From a bacterium (lineage in GTDB: Bacteria; Armatimonadota; Zipacnadia; Zipacnadales; UBA11051), in contig JAJFUB010000040.1 of the NCBI GenBank assembly GCA_021372615.1, positions 2,453-66,452 on the forward strand: a stretch of 64,000 nucleotides of DNA, in the 5' to 3' direction. Numbering within the stretch: the stretch's first letter is position 1; each line of letters opens with the position of its first letter. Shown here piece by piece: positions 8,388-16,941 of the stretch. The notes beneath the pieces are model-generated. The model searched no databases. It saw only the letters and a program-made list of their open reading frames with translations, and was not told where the DNA came from. The position numbers were made by a program, and so were the translations under genes.

Positions 8388-10157
8388 TCACGGCCTCTCC
8401 TTCCCCCGGTACCGCGCCGTCACCTCATTGCACGTGGGCAGGAGGCCGTACAACTCCGGCCGGCGGTTGGCCAGCATCATGTCGCGCCAGCCCCACTGCT
8501 GGTCGGGCATGTTGTCGCTGAAGTATGACGGGATACCGGCCGTGCCGGGCGTGGCCTGCTGCGCCTTGTGCCCCGAGTAGTACACCCGCGGCCGATCCAG
8601 GGGGATGTCGTAGCTGATGATGCCCTCCTCCGCGAAGGTGGAGGCGGCCATGACCTGCCCGTACGGGTCAATGATGAGGCTGCGCAACGACGGGTCGGAG
8701 GTGGGCCAGTGGGCGCAGGCGAGCCACACGCCGTTGTCAATGGCCCGCGCCCGTAGCATCGTCTCATTGGTGCGGCCCGACGCGCCCCACATCTGGCTGG
8801 CGTCAATGATGATCTCGGCGCCCAGCAGCGTCAGCGTGCGGTCGAACTCCGGGATGTACAGGTCGCCGCACTCGTGTGACCCCACGCGCCCGAAGTCTGT
8901 GTCGAACACCTTGATCTCCGGGTAGCCGCGCGGCCAGTACAGCGCCTGCGCGTAGATCTCCTGCCCCTGCCGGTCCCACACGCGCAGGTAGCTGACTTGC
9001 TCGCCCTCCCCGATGCCGCCGATGGCCACGTACGCGCCCAGTTGCTTCGCCAGCGCGGCGACGTCCCCCATGACCTGCCGCGTCGTCGCATCCTCGACCT
9101 TGGTGCTCATCTCGGACAGCAACACGAGGTCCGGCTTCAGCGGCGTGGCCTTTGCGATGAGCGCCAGCATCCGCTCCGGCTTCTTGCCCTGCTGCCACGA
9201 GTCCTGGCGCGGCAGCCACGCGACCGCCAGGCGGCAGGTGCGCTTGGCGTAGGCCGGCAGCTTTGGCTTCACATACGGCTGCGCCACCGGCGCGAACGCC
9301 GCCCGGTCTCCGTAGTTGTTGACGAAGAAGATGTTCTCCGCCTCGTACGCCGGTTGGTAGACCTCCACCTTGCGCTTGTCCAGGTCTACGGTCGCGGTCG
9401 CCACGCCGTCCTCGTAGCCCGTGTCGGCGATGGGGCAGCCGACGCGGTTGAGCACCATGCTCCGCCCCCACGCCGCCCCGGGCATGCCCATGTCCCAGCT
9501 ATTGGTGATGTACGTGCGCGGGTCGGCGTACGTCGCGGCCACCATGTGGCAGTGGCTATCGAGGCAACGGGCCATGAGCAGCGGCTCGTGGCCGCTGTAG
9601 TCGCGCACGCGCTCGGGGGCGTCGTGCCACACCAGCACATCGGCGCCCTGCATCGCCAGCACGCTATAGGGCTCGAAGAAGGCGAAGTCGGTCGTGATGG
9701 TCAGGCCGACCTTGCCGAAGTCGGTGGCGAACACCGGCAGCTCGTCGCCAAGAGCCAGGTCAGCGGGGTCATCGGCCAGGCGGTGGGTCTTGCGGTACTT
9801 GCCCACGAGCTTCCCGCCCCGGTCCAACAGGAACGAGGTGTAGTAGAGCTTGCCGCCGGCCCGCTCGGCCAGTGACACCGCCAGGTACGTCTTGCGGCCG
9901 GCGGCGAACTCGGCGAAGGGCTTCAGGCTCCGGGCCGCCCCTCGCTCCGTCACCGAAAGGAACGGCAGGTGCGGCAGCACCACCAGGTCCGTCCGCCTGG
10001 GGACCTGCTGCAGGGCCTGGAGCACGTACTCCCTTGTCTGGTACTGCTTACCATCGAGCAGGCAGACGGAGGACAGGACGACGATCCGCTTGGCGGGCGC
10101 GGCGGAAGCAGCCATGGCGAGAACTCCTGAGAGCAGAAACAGATGGCGGAGGCCCAT
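8388..10157 (-). CDS. Secreted protein with two tandem carbon-nitrogen hydrolase (nitrilase-superfamily) domains
   Basis: ATG at 10157 (MGLRHLFLLSGVLAMAASAAPA, signal peptide) with GGAGGG RBS. Two CN-hydrolase-like halves (…AERAGGKLYYTSFLLDRGGKLVGKYRKTH… and …GEQVSYLRVWDRQGQEIYAQALYWP…ECGD…). Confidence 0.8.
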   Translation of the reverse strand: MGLRHLFLLSGVLAMAASAAPAKRIVVLSSVCLLDGKQYQTREYVLQALQQVPRRTDLVVLPHLPFLSVTERGAARSLKPFAEFAAGRKTYLAVSLAERAGGKLYYTSFLLDRGGKLVGKYRKTHRLADDPADLALGDELPVFATDFGKVGLTITTDFAFFEPYSVLAMQGADVLVWHDAPERVRDYSGHEPLLMARCLDSHCHMVAATYADPRTYITNSWDMGMPGAAWGRSMVLNRVGCPIADTGYEDGVATATVDLDKRKVEVYQPAYEAENIFFVNNYGDRAAFAPVAQPYVKPKLPAYAKRTCRLAVAWLPRQDSWQQGKKPERMLALIAKATPLKPDLVLLSEMSTKVEDATTRQVMGDVAALAKQLGAYVAIGGIGEGEQVSYLRVWDRQGQEIYAQALYWPRGYPEIKVFDTDFGRVGSHECGDLYIPEFDRTLTLLGAEIIIDASQMWGASGRTNETMLRARAIDNGVWLACAHWPTSDPSLRSLIIDPYGQVMAASTFAEEGIISYDIPLDRPRVYYSGHKAQQATPGTAGIPSYFSDNMPDQQWGWRDMMLANRRPELYGLLPTCNEVTARYRGKERP

Positions 10158-10290
10158 GGGGCGACCCTCCGAGGGGGTGATGGTCGTAAACGACCCGGCG
10201 TGAATTTCCTTGCCCCGGGGAGAAGGTCCTGCCGCGTGGCCGGCGAATTCCGCCCATGCCCGGGGCACCAAGCTGTCTCCCGGAGGCTTC

Positions 10291-11100
10291 ATGAGTCTCG
10301 CTACTCGCCTGATCGGGTTGTTGCGCGAGCAGTCTGCTTCCCTCCACGAGCACCCGGCTTTCGCCGAGCAGGCGCAGGTCGTGTCAGTGGCGCTCGTTGG
10401 CTCATTGGCGCGTGACGACTTCCGCCAGGGCGGCAGCGACGTGGACCTGATGGTAGTGCACACCCTCGGCGACAAGCCCGCGGCCGAGGTGGGGGCCACG
10501 CAGCCGCTGCGCCGTCTGGTGCAGCACTGTGGCGAGCCGCTGCTGCACCTCGGAGCCGGCACCGGTGTGCAGAAGCCGTTCGTGGTAGACTGTCACTTTG
10601 TGGACAGCCTCATTCTGGCCACGCAGCCGCGCTGGGCCGAGCCTTCCCAGTTCACACTGGCGCTCGCCCGACGCGAGATCTACCTGTGGCTCTACGCCTT
10701 CGATCTCGTCCAGTATGCCATGCCGCTCTTCGGCCCCAGCCCCGCCCTCGGCGTCCGCGTCCATGAGCCGGTCGCGTACGTGGGCGTCGTGCGACGGCAG
10801 TTGCATGATGACCTGCAGACCCTGGCCGCCGGGCCGCAGGAGCCCAGACCCGAGCTGGTGGACCGCTGGAAACTTCTGGCCGGGCGGGTGATGACGGCCC
10901 TGGCGCTGACGCGAGGCGGTCGGAGTCTGAAGAAGAACGCCGTCTACCGGGACTTCAACCTGCTGGCCCCCGGCTTCCCGGGCAAGGCCTTCGCCGCCTC
11001 GCTCTGGGCCGAGTACCTGTATGGCTCGGTCTTCCAGGACCGTGTCGAATGGCTGCGGCGCTGCCGCCGCTTCTGCGAGGGTGCGGTCGAGGTACTCTGA
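10291..11100 (+). CDS. Putative nucleotidyltransferase (Pol-beta superfamily-like)
   Basis: ATG at 10291 with GGAGG RBS 5 nt upstream. ALVGSLARDDFRQGGSDVDLMVV resembles the GS...D.D nucleotidyltransferase motif. Confidence 0.6.
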   Translation: MSLATRLIGLLREQSASLHEHPAFAEQAQVVSVALVGSLARDDFRQGGSDVDLMVVHTLGDKPAAEVGATQPLRRLVQHCGEPLLHLGAGTGVQKPFVVDCHFVDSLILATQPRWAEPSQFTLALARREIYLWLYAFDLVQYAMPLFGPSPALGVRVHEPVAYVGVVRRQLHDDLQTLAAGPQEPRPELVDRWKLLAGRVMTALALTRGGRSLKKNAVYRDFNLLAPGFPGKAFAASLWAEYLYGSVFQDRVEWLRRCRRFCEGAVEVL

Positions 11101-11104
11101 GGAC

Positions 11105-11250
11105 GCGCGGGGGTCTGTCCCCGCAGGCTCGGCGCAGCCGGGCCGCAGGGGGCTGACCCCACAGACGATCTGCCGACGAGGCACCGACGGGGTCTGTCCC
11201 CGGAGCGGGCGGCAATGCCGCTCGCTCCGGGGACAGACCCCTCCAGACTG
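11105..11250. repeat. REP-like palindromic elements, family 1 (GGGGTCTGTCCCC / GGGGGCTGACCCC motifs)
   Basis: Three motif copies, including a perfect 19-bp stem GGGGTCTGTCCCCGGAGCG...CGCTCCGGGGACAGACCCC. The same family occurs inside CDSs at ~23926-24051 and ~41985-42095, with a half-site at ~33117. Confidence 0.8.
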
Positions 11251-11258
11251 GATAACCC

Positions 11259-12155
11259 ATGGACCTGATCGGTTACGGGCTGGCGACGCTGGCCCTTGTT
11301 TTCTTTGGGCTGTACATGGTGCCCCGCAAGCTCACGGGCTTCGGCGACCGCCCGTTCGTGCTCAGCATGACCCTCGGCATTGTCCTGAGTACGACCCTCC
11401 CCCTCCTGCTGGTGCACCACACGCTGCTGCCCGCGCGCGGCCCCGGTGTCTGGCTGGCCCTCGCTTGCGGTCCCCTGTGGTACCTGGGCGTGCTGCTCTA
11501 CAGCATCTCCGTGTCCGAGATGGGCCTGACGCTGTCGACGCCGATCAAGAACACCACGGCGGTACTGGGCACGCTGGCCGGCCTGATCGTGTTCGCCGAA
11601 TGGCGTGAGACCCGGCCGGTGGAGGCGCTCGTGGGGTCGGTGCTGGTGGTCGCCTCCGCGGTCATCATCGGGCGCACGGGGGAAAACGACTGCCGTCGCA
11701 GTTGCCTGACCCTCAAGGGCACAGGCGCCGCTATCGGCGCCGCGGTGTGCTTCGCTGCCTACGCCGTGCCGCTGAAGGCCGCCCAGCGTGCCGGGCTGGA
11801 CACGGTCACACTGGTGGCGGTGACAGGCTGGAGCATCCTGCCCACGGCCCTCCTGGCCCTGGCGGTCATGGACCGCGACTGGCGCGGCTGGTGGCGTACG
11901 CCGCTGCGTGAGCACGGCTGGGCCGCCGTGTGCGGGGTGCTGTGGGTGCTGGGCACGGTCACCATGGCCGAGGCCATCCGCCGCATCGGCCTGGCCATCA
12001 CGTGGCCTTTCACGAATCTCAATACCATTGTCACGGTCGCCTGTGGTATCCTGCTGTTCCATGAGGTCAGCGTGCGCAAGTTCTGGAAGGTGTTGCTGCT
12101 GGGGTTGGCGACCGGCATAGCAGGGGTGGCGCTACTGGGGCTGGCGCGGCTGTGA
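11259..12155 (+). CDS. DMT-superfamily sugar (glucose/ribose uptake, GRP-family) transporter
   Basis: 298-aa polytopic membrane protein with ~10 TM helices and a duplicated EamA-like 5+5 organisation. Confidence 0.75.
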   Translation: MDLIGYGLATLALVFFGLYMVPRKLTGFGDRPFVLSMTLGIVLSTTLPLLLVHHTLLPARGPGVWLALACGPLWYLGVLLYSISVSEMGLTLSTPIKNTTAVLGTLAGLIVFAEWRETRPVEALVGSVLVVASAVIIGRTGENDCRRSCLTLKGTGAAIGAAVCFAAYAVPLKAAQRAGLDTVTLVAVTGWSILPTALLALAVMDRDWRGWWRTPLREHGWAAVCGVLWVLGTVTMAEAIRRIGLAITWPFTNLNTIVTVACGILLFHEVSVRKFWKVLLLGLATGIAGVALLGLARL

Positions 12156-12272
12156 GCTGTCGCCGGAGGGATATCCTCGCTGTGGGGGCTCGCGGGGGTG
12201 CGACCATGGACGCTGCAGACGCAGAACAACACTGGACAAGCATCTGAAGCTATAATCACGGAAGTGGCAGCG

Positions 12273-13973
12273 ATGGCAGCAAGCAAGCAGTGCTCCAAGT
12301 GCGGCGAGGGTTACGACTACGATCTGAAGGCCTGTCCGGGGTGCGGTTACCAGGGGTACAAGATCATCACGGTGGGGGAGAGCTTGGTGTCGACTCCGCT
12401 CGCCGGCCCCCCCGGCGGAGAACCGACGGCGGCGGCCCCGCCGGTGGCGCGGCGGCCACAGCTCCAGGCGCAGCGTCTCTTCGCCTGGCTCGCCGCGGCC
12501 CTGATGATCGTCTCGCTCTTCATGGTCTGGGTGCAAGCCTCGGTTGTGGCAGCCACCTACCTCAAGATCTGTGAGATGGTGGCGAACAACCTCAACGATG
12601 CCGTGGACATGGCAGGGGTGCGCGTTCTGGGCGTGTTCATCCCCGCGCTGGCGGCCCTCGGGCTGCTGAGCGGGGCCATTGGCACTAGCCACGATCGGTC
12701 GGCCGGCAGCGGCTTCGTCGGTGTGCTGGGGTCAGGACTGCTGGCGACGCTCGCGGCGTGGCAGATATCCGACTACGTAGGGCGTAGTGGCGCTGGTTTC
12801 GTGGACCTGAGCGGTGCGCTGGGGGCGGGCTTCCAGCTCTACACCGGCGCCGCGATAGCTGCCGTGCTGGTGGGTATCTGGGGAGTGCTCTCCTCCCCCA
12901 ACGCCATCGCAACTGAGGGCGTCCCATCGGCCGCGACGGCGTTCGGTGGGTTTGTGGGCTTCGCGCAGGAGCATCGAGGTGTGTTCGTGGCGGTCGGCAT
13001 CGCCTGCGTTCTGGTGGGCGCCGGCATCGGGCTGTACCCGAGGTTCCAGGAGGCCCGTGAGAAGGCGCAGACCCTCGCCTGCAGCTCCAACGCGAAGCAG
13101 ATCGGCCTCGCAGTACTGCAATACACTCAGGACTTCGATGGGAAGATGCCCATTGAGGGCAACTGGTGCGAGGCCATCTACCCTTACACCATGAATGCCG
13201 AGATCCTGGTCTGCCCGGCGTTGCGCAAGAGCAAGTCCGGCTACGCGATGAACCGGAACACACAGGGCGCGCCAACGGCCGACCTGGCCCTGGGCTCCGC
13301 CCTGGTGTTTGAGTACTCCGGTGGCTGGAACGGTTGGGGCGTACCGAGCCAGGACCTCGCCTACCGGCACAAGGGCAGCGCGTGGTACGTGGCGAACGAC
13401 GGCCACGCGGCCATGGTCTCGCCTGGGGGCGACCTGCTCTCCCTGGACGGGCCTGACCTGCGACAGACGGCGGCTGAGGGGGACACAGGCGTGGGCCCAG
13501 ACGCCCCGGCGGAGCCTGACGACACCGACGTGGGCGTGCTCGTCCCATACGACGGTGGCGATGGTTTCACGGTACTCCGACCCGATGGCTGGGAGCCGGA
13601 GCGGACGTCACAGCAGAACCTGAGCACCGTGGAGTTCAAGAACCAGCGCGGCGTAGTCCAGTGCAAAGTGCAATGGTCCCCGCAACCAGCCAGCGAGTCC
13701 CTGGACGCCTACCCGCTCCGGACCGAGACGAACTGGCGGAAGGGTGGGCGACCCTATCAGCGCGTTGCTCTGGCCCCGGTGTCCGTCAGCGGTCGCGATG
13801 GGCTGCGCTGGGAGTTCGTGCGTGAGGTGGACGGCCAGATGATGCATACGCTCGACGTCTTCGTGAACTGCGACGGCATGGGTTACGCCATCTGGTTTCG
13901 CGCGCCGGAGTCCGAATGGTATAGCTGGGGGCCGATGGCTGACAAGATCGTGACCAGCTTCCAGCTCCAGTGA
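12273..13973 (+). CDS. Zinc-ribbon + polytopic membrane + H-X9-DG (DUF1559) domain protein
   Basis: ATG at 12273 (MAASKQCSKCGEGYDYDLKACPGCGY). Several TM helices are followed by LACSSNAKQIGLAVLQYTQDFDGKMP and HKGSAWYVANDG, an exact H-x9-DG motif. Confidence 0.75.
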   Translation: MAASKQCSKCGEGYDYDLKACPGCGYQGYKIITVGESLVSTPLAGPPGGEPTAAAPPVARRPQLQAQRLFAWLAAALMIVSLFMVWVQASVVAATYLKICEMVANNLNDAVDMAGVRVLGVFIPALAALGLLSGAIGTSHDRSAGSGFVGVLGSGLLATLAAWQISDYVGRSGAGFVDLSGALGAGFQLYTGAAIAAVLVGIWGVLSSPNAIATEGVPSAATAFGGFVGFAQEHRGVFVAVGIACVLVGAGIGLYPRFQEAREKAQTLACSSNAKQIGLAVLQYTQDFDGKMPIEGNWCEAIYPYTMNAEILVCPALRKSKSGYAMNRNTQGAPTADLALGSALVFEYSGGWNGWGVPSQDLAYRHKGSAWYVANDGHAAMVSPGGDLLSLDGPDLRQTAAEGDTGVGPDAPAEPDDTDVGVLVPYDGGDGFTVLRPDGWEPERTSQQNLSTVEFKNQRGVVQCKVQWSPQPASESLDAYPLRTETNWRKGGRPYQRVALAPVSVSGRDGLRWEFVREVDGQMMHTLDVFVNCDGMGYAIWFRAPESEWYSWGPMADKIVTSFQLQ

Positions 13974-14120
13974 ACCGGGGGTGCGTCTGACCCTCGCCGG
14001 CAACTGACGCCGCCGCAGTCTGGCCGGCCGAACTGTTGGCGCCCGAGCGCTAACCACTGCCGTACGAGCGGCCATTGACCGCGAACATGCCGTCAAACGA
14101 AGTGAAATGAGGCAACCGTC

Positions 14121-15431
14121 GTGAACGTCGTCGTGATCGTCCTGGATAGCCTCCGGCCCGACAAGGTCGGCTGCTATGGCTCTTGTGTCCAGACCCCCGT
14201 CATTGACCGTCTGGCGTCTCAGGGGGTGCTGCTGGAACGCTGCTACGCGGAGTTCCCCAACACCATCCCGGCCCGCACCGCTCTCGTCAGCGGCATCTAC
14301 ACCTTCACCAACCGCCCGTGGAAGGAACTCGACCCCGGCGACCAGCACATCGCCGAGATCTTCCGCGACGGCGGCTACCGCACCGCCGCCTTCTCCGACA
14401 CGCCCTTCAACAACGGCGCCCACATGGAGCGGGGCTTTGTGGACTTCGTCCACTTCCCCATGGGCAAGTGCCTGGCGCCGATAGACGACCAGCCGCTCCT
14501 GCCGCCTGACGATGCCTACTTCCCGCCCGGCTTCCCCGAAAAGGAGTACCTGTTCTACCCCAAGACCCGCGCCAACCGCGAGTACTGCATGGGCAAGTAC
14601 GGCAAGTACCTGCCGGAGCTGATGACCGATGCCGTCAGCGAATGGCTGACGGAGCACCAGAGCGAGCGCTTCTTCCTGTGGGTGGACAGCTTCAACCCGC
14701 ATGAGCCATGGGACGCCCCGGAGCCCTACCGCAGCATGTACGGCCCGGCCCGGGGCTATGAGGGCCGGTACCTGCCGATGCCGATGGGGCCGGACATGTC
14801 CTGGACGCAGCCGGGCGACCTGGAACACGTTCACGCCCTCGCCAACGCCTGCGCGACCGAGACCGACTTCTACGTGGGCCACATCCTGGACAAGCTCGAC
14901 GAACTGGGGCTGGCCGAGGACACGCTGCTGGTGCTGCTGTCGGACCACGGGGTGCCGCTGGGCGAGCACGGCTCGATCCGCAAGTTCAACTACCCGCTCT
15001 ACGAGGAGCTGTCGCACACCGTCTGCATGTTCCGGTGGCCGAAGCAGTTCGCCGCCGGCCGACGGGTGGCAGGGCTGACACAGAACCTCGACCTGCTCCC
15101 CACCCTCCTGTCGGCGGCGGGCCTCGAGGCGCCGGTCAATCCCGAGGGTCTCGATCTGCTGCCCCTGCTGCGCGGCGACGTGGACCGCGTCCGGGACGAG
15201 CTGTACCTGGGAGCCTTCAACTACAACGCGGGGGTCGTGACCGACGAGGGGTGGAAGTTCATAGACCACCGCGGGGAGCGCCCCAACGAGCTGTTCCATC
15301 TGCCGACCGACCCGCTGGAGCGGCGGAACGTGATCGCCGAGAACAGTATCCTGGCGGCGGACCTGTACCATCGGCTCTACGACTTCTACGAGCCCTGGCG
15401 CTGGAAGCGTTCCCGCCACCACAAGCGGTAG
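14121..15431 (+). CDS. Sulfatase-family (alkaline-phosphatase superfamily) protein
   Basis: GTG start (MNVVVIVLDSLRPDKVGCYG...). Sulfatase N-terminal fold motifs are present, but NTIPARTALVSG replaces the canonical CxPxR. Confidence 0.85.
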   Translation: MNVVVIVLDSLRPDKVGCYGSCVQTPVIDRLASQGVLLERCYAEFPNTIPARTALVSGIYTFTNRPWKELDPGDQHIAEIFRDGGYRTAAFSDTPFNNGAHMERGFVDFVHFPMGKCLAPIDDQPLLPPDDAYFPPGFPEKEYLFYPKTRANREYCMGKYGKYLPELMTDAVSEWLTEHQSERFFLWVDSFNPHEPWDAPEPYRSMYGPARGYEGRYLPMPMGPDMSWTQPGDLEHVHALANACATETDFYVGHILDKLDELGLAEDTLLVLLSDHGVPLGEHGSIRKFNYPLYEELSHTVCMFRWPKQFAAGRRVAGLTQNLDLLPTLLSAAGLEAPVNPEGLDLLPLLRGDVDRVRDELYLGAFNYNAGVVTDEGWKFIDHRGERPNELFHLPTDPLERRNVIAENSILAADLYHRLYDFYEPWRWKRSRHHKR

Positions 15432-15435
15432 GTCG

Positions 15436-15478
15436 CGCCGCGGGGGCGTTCACGAGGCAGAAATGGTACGAGGGGGCC
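15436..15478 (+). terminator. Intrinsic-terminator-like hairpin after the sulfatase gene
   Basis: CGAGGGGGCCGTCC-GGAG-GACGGCCCCCTCG (14-bp stem) followed by a TTGGTTG tract. Confidence 0.6.
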
Positions 15479-15885
15479 GTCGGAGGACGGCCCCCTCGTT
15501 GGTTGTGGCGGCCTGGCGAGTCGCGGCGGAGGGTAGTGAGTCGCGCCTCCGGCGCTCACGACACACGGAGGGGGGTGGGGGCACCGCCAGGACGGGCGCT
15601 ACCGCGCCCGCCTAGCATGAGCCGCGCCTCCGGCGCTGCACGGCAGCGTCGCACGGCGACACAACGCATAGCGGGTGCCGCGTCCGCCCGAGCGCCGGAG
15701 GCGCGGCTCATGCTAGGCGGGGGCGGAAGCCCCCGTCACCGCGCGCCATCCCTTTCCCCCCACACCCGTCCGCCCGAGCGCCGGAGGCGCGACTCAACCT
15801 AGGCGGGGGCGGAAGCCCCCGTCACCGCGCGCCATCCTCTCCCCCCTCCCCAGCACCCGCCCCGTCCGAACGCCGGAGGCGCGAC

Positions 15886-16335
15886 TCAACCCCAGTGCGC
15901 CTCATCGAACTCGATCCCCTGATCGCTCAGGAAGCGGCGCACCTCGTCGCGGAATGACTGCTCCTGGTGGTGGGCCTCCTGGTTCGCGATGTACGCACGG
16001 ACTGTGGCCAACCCCCGCACGCCCACGCCGAAGGCCCCGTACCCCTTCTGCCACGAGAAGCCCCGCATGTCGGGGAAGGTGTCGTGTAGCCACCGCGACG
16101 AGTTCGCCTTGAGGTCGCGCACGAAGTCCTGGACAGCCTGCTGCCTGGGCAGGCTGGCGAGGATGTGGACATGATCGTGGGTGCCATTGATGAGCACGGG
16201 CGTGCCGCGCCGTGACCCGACCAGTGTGGCTATGTAGCGGTACAGAGGGGCGCGGGTGGCTTTGTACAACTCAGTGCTCTCTTGGCCGACGCCAAAGACG
16301 ATGTGGAGGTAGACAGCAACGTAGGAATCGGGCAT
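15886..16335 (-). CDS. REP-associated tyrosine transposase (RAYT; IS200/IS605-like Y1 HuH transposase)
   Basis: ATG at 16335 (MPDSYVAVYLHIVFG...). HuH motif HDHVHIL and a C-terminal catalytic Tyr context VRAYIANQEAHH. Flanked by inverted REP cores. Confidence 0.85.
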   Translation of the reverse strand: MPDSYVAVYLHIVFGVGQESTELYKATRAPLYRYIATLVGSRRGTPVLINGTHDHVHILASLPRQQAVQDFVRDLKANSSRWLHDTFPDMRGFSWQKGYGAFGVGVRGLATVRAYIANQEAHHQEQSFRDEVRRFLSDQGIEFDEAHWG

Positions 16336-16540
16336 GACGAACCCCCGGTATGGAGAGTCGCGCCTCCGGCGCTCACGACACACCGAAGGAGGGAAGAAGG
16401 CGCGCCGGAGGACGGGCGCTACCGCGCCCGCCTAGCATGAGCCGCGCCTCCGGCGCTGTACGACACACACGACATGACAAGACAGCACCCACCACACACC
16501 GCACCACACGGCACCCCGTTGTGCACCGCACCCCCCTCGC

Positions 16541-16910
16541 GCGCACGCCCAACCCGAGCGCCGGTGGCGCGGCTCAAGCTAGGCGGGGGCGGAAGCCCCC
16601 GTCGCGGCCCGCGCCCCTCCTCATCCCCCTTGGGCGCACGCCCAACCCGAGCGCCGGAGGCGCGGTTCATGCTAGGCGGGGGCGGAAGCCCCCGTCACCG
16701 TCCGCGCCCCTCCTCATCCCCCTTGTGCGCACGCCCAACCCGAGCGCCGGAGGCGCGACTCAACCTAGGCGGGGGCGGAAGCCCCCGTCACCGTCCGCGC
16801 CCCTCCTCATCCCCCTCGCGCGCACGCCCAACCCGAGCGCCGGAGGCGCGACTCAGCCTAGGCGGGGGCGGAAGCCCCCGTCACCGTCCGCGCCCCTCCT
16901 CATCCCCCTG
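16541..16910. repeat. ~93-bp tandem repeat array (about 4 copies) composed of REP modules; not CRISPR
   Basis: Units starting at ~16541, 16634, 16727 and 16819 are >90% identical across the whole unit, so there are no unique spacers. Each unit contains the hairpin GGGGGCGGAAGCCCCC. Confidence 0.85.
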
Positions 16911-16941
16911 CACCCGTCCCTCCTAGCGCCGGAGGCGCGGC

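Noticed and set aside
10944-12062. 372-aa minus-strand ORF
   Set aside because: Antisense to the nucleotidyltransferase and transporter genes.
12229-12252. TGGACA…TATAAT promoter-like motif upstream of the zinc-ribbon DUF1559 gene
   Set aside because: The spacing between the putative -35 and -10 is only ~12 nt. The TATAAT alone may still be a -10 element, but it is not reported as a feature.
13608-15422. 604-aa minus-strand ORF
   Set aside because: It is the antisense of the well-supported sulfatase-like gene (14121..15431). It has no recognisable domains and is a typical high-GC antisense ORF.
16541-16910. Possible CRISPR array
   Set aside because: The units are identical across their full length (~93 bp) with no unique spacers. 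They are composed of REP cores, and no cas genes are nearby.
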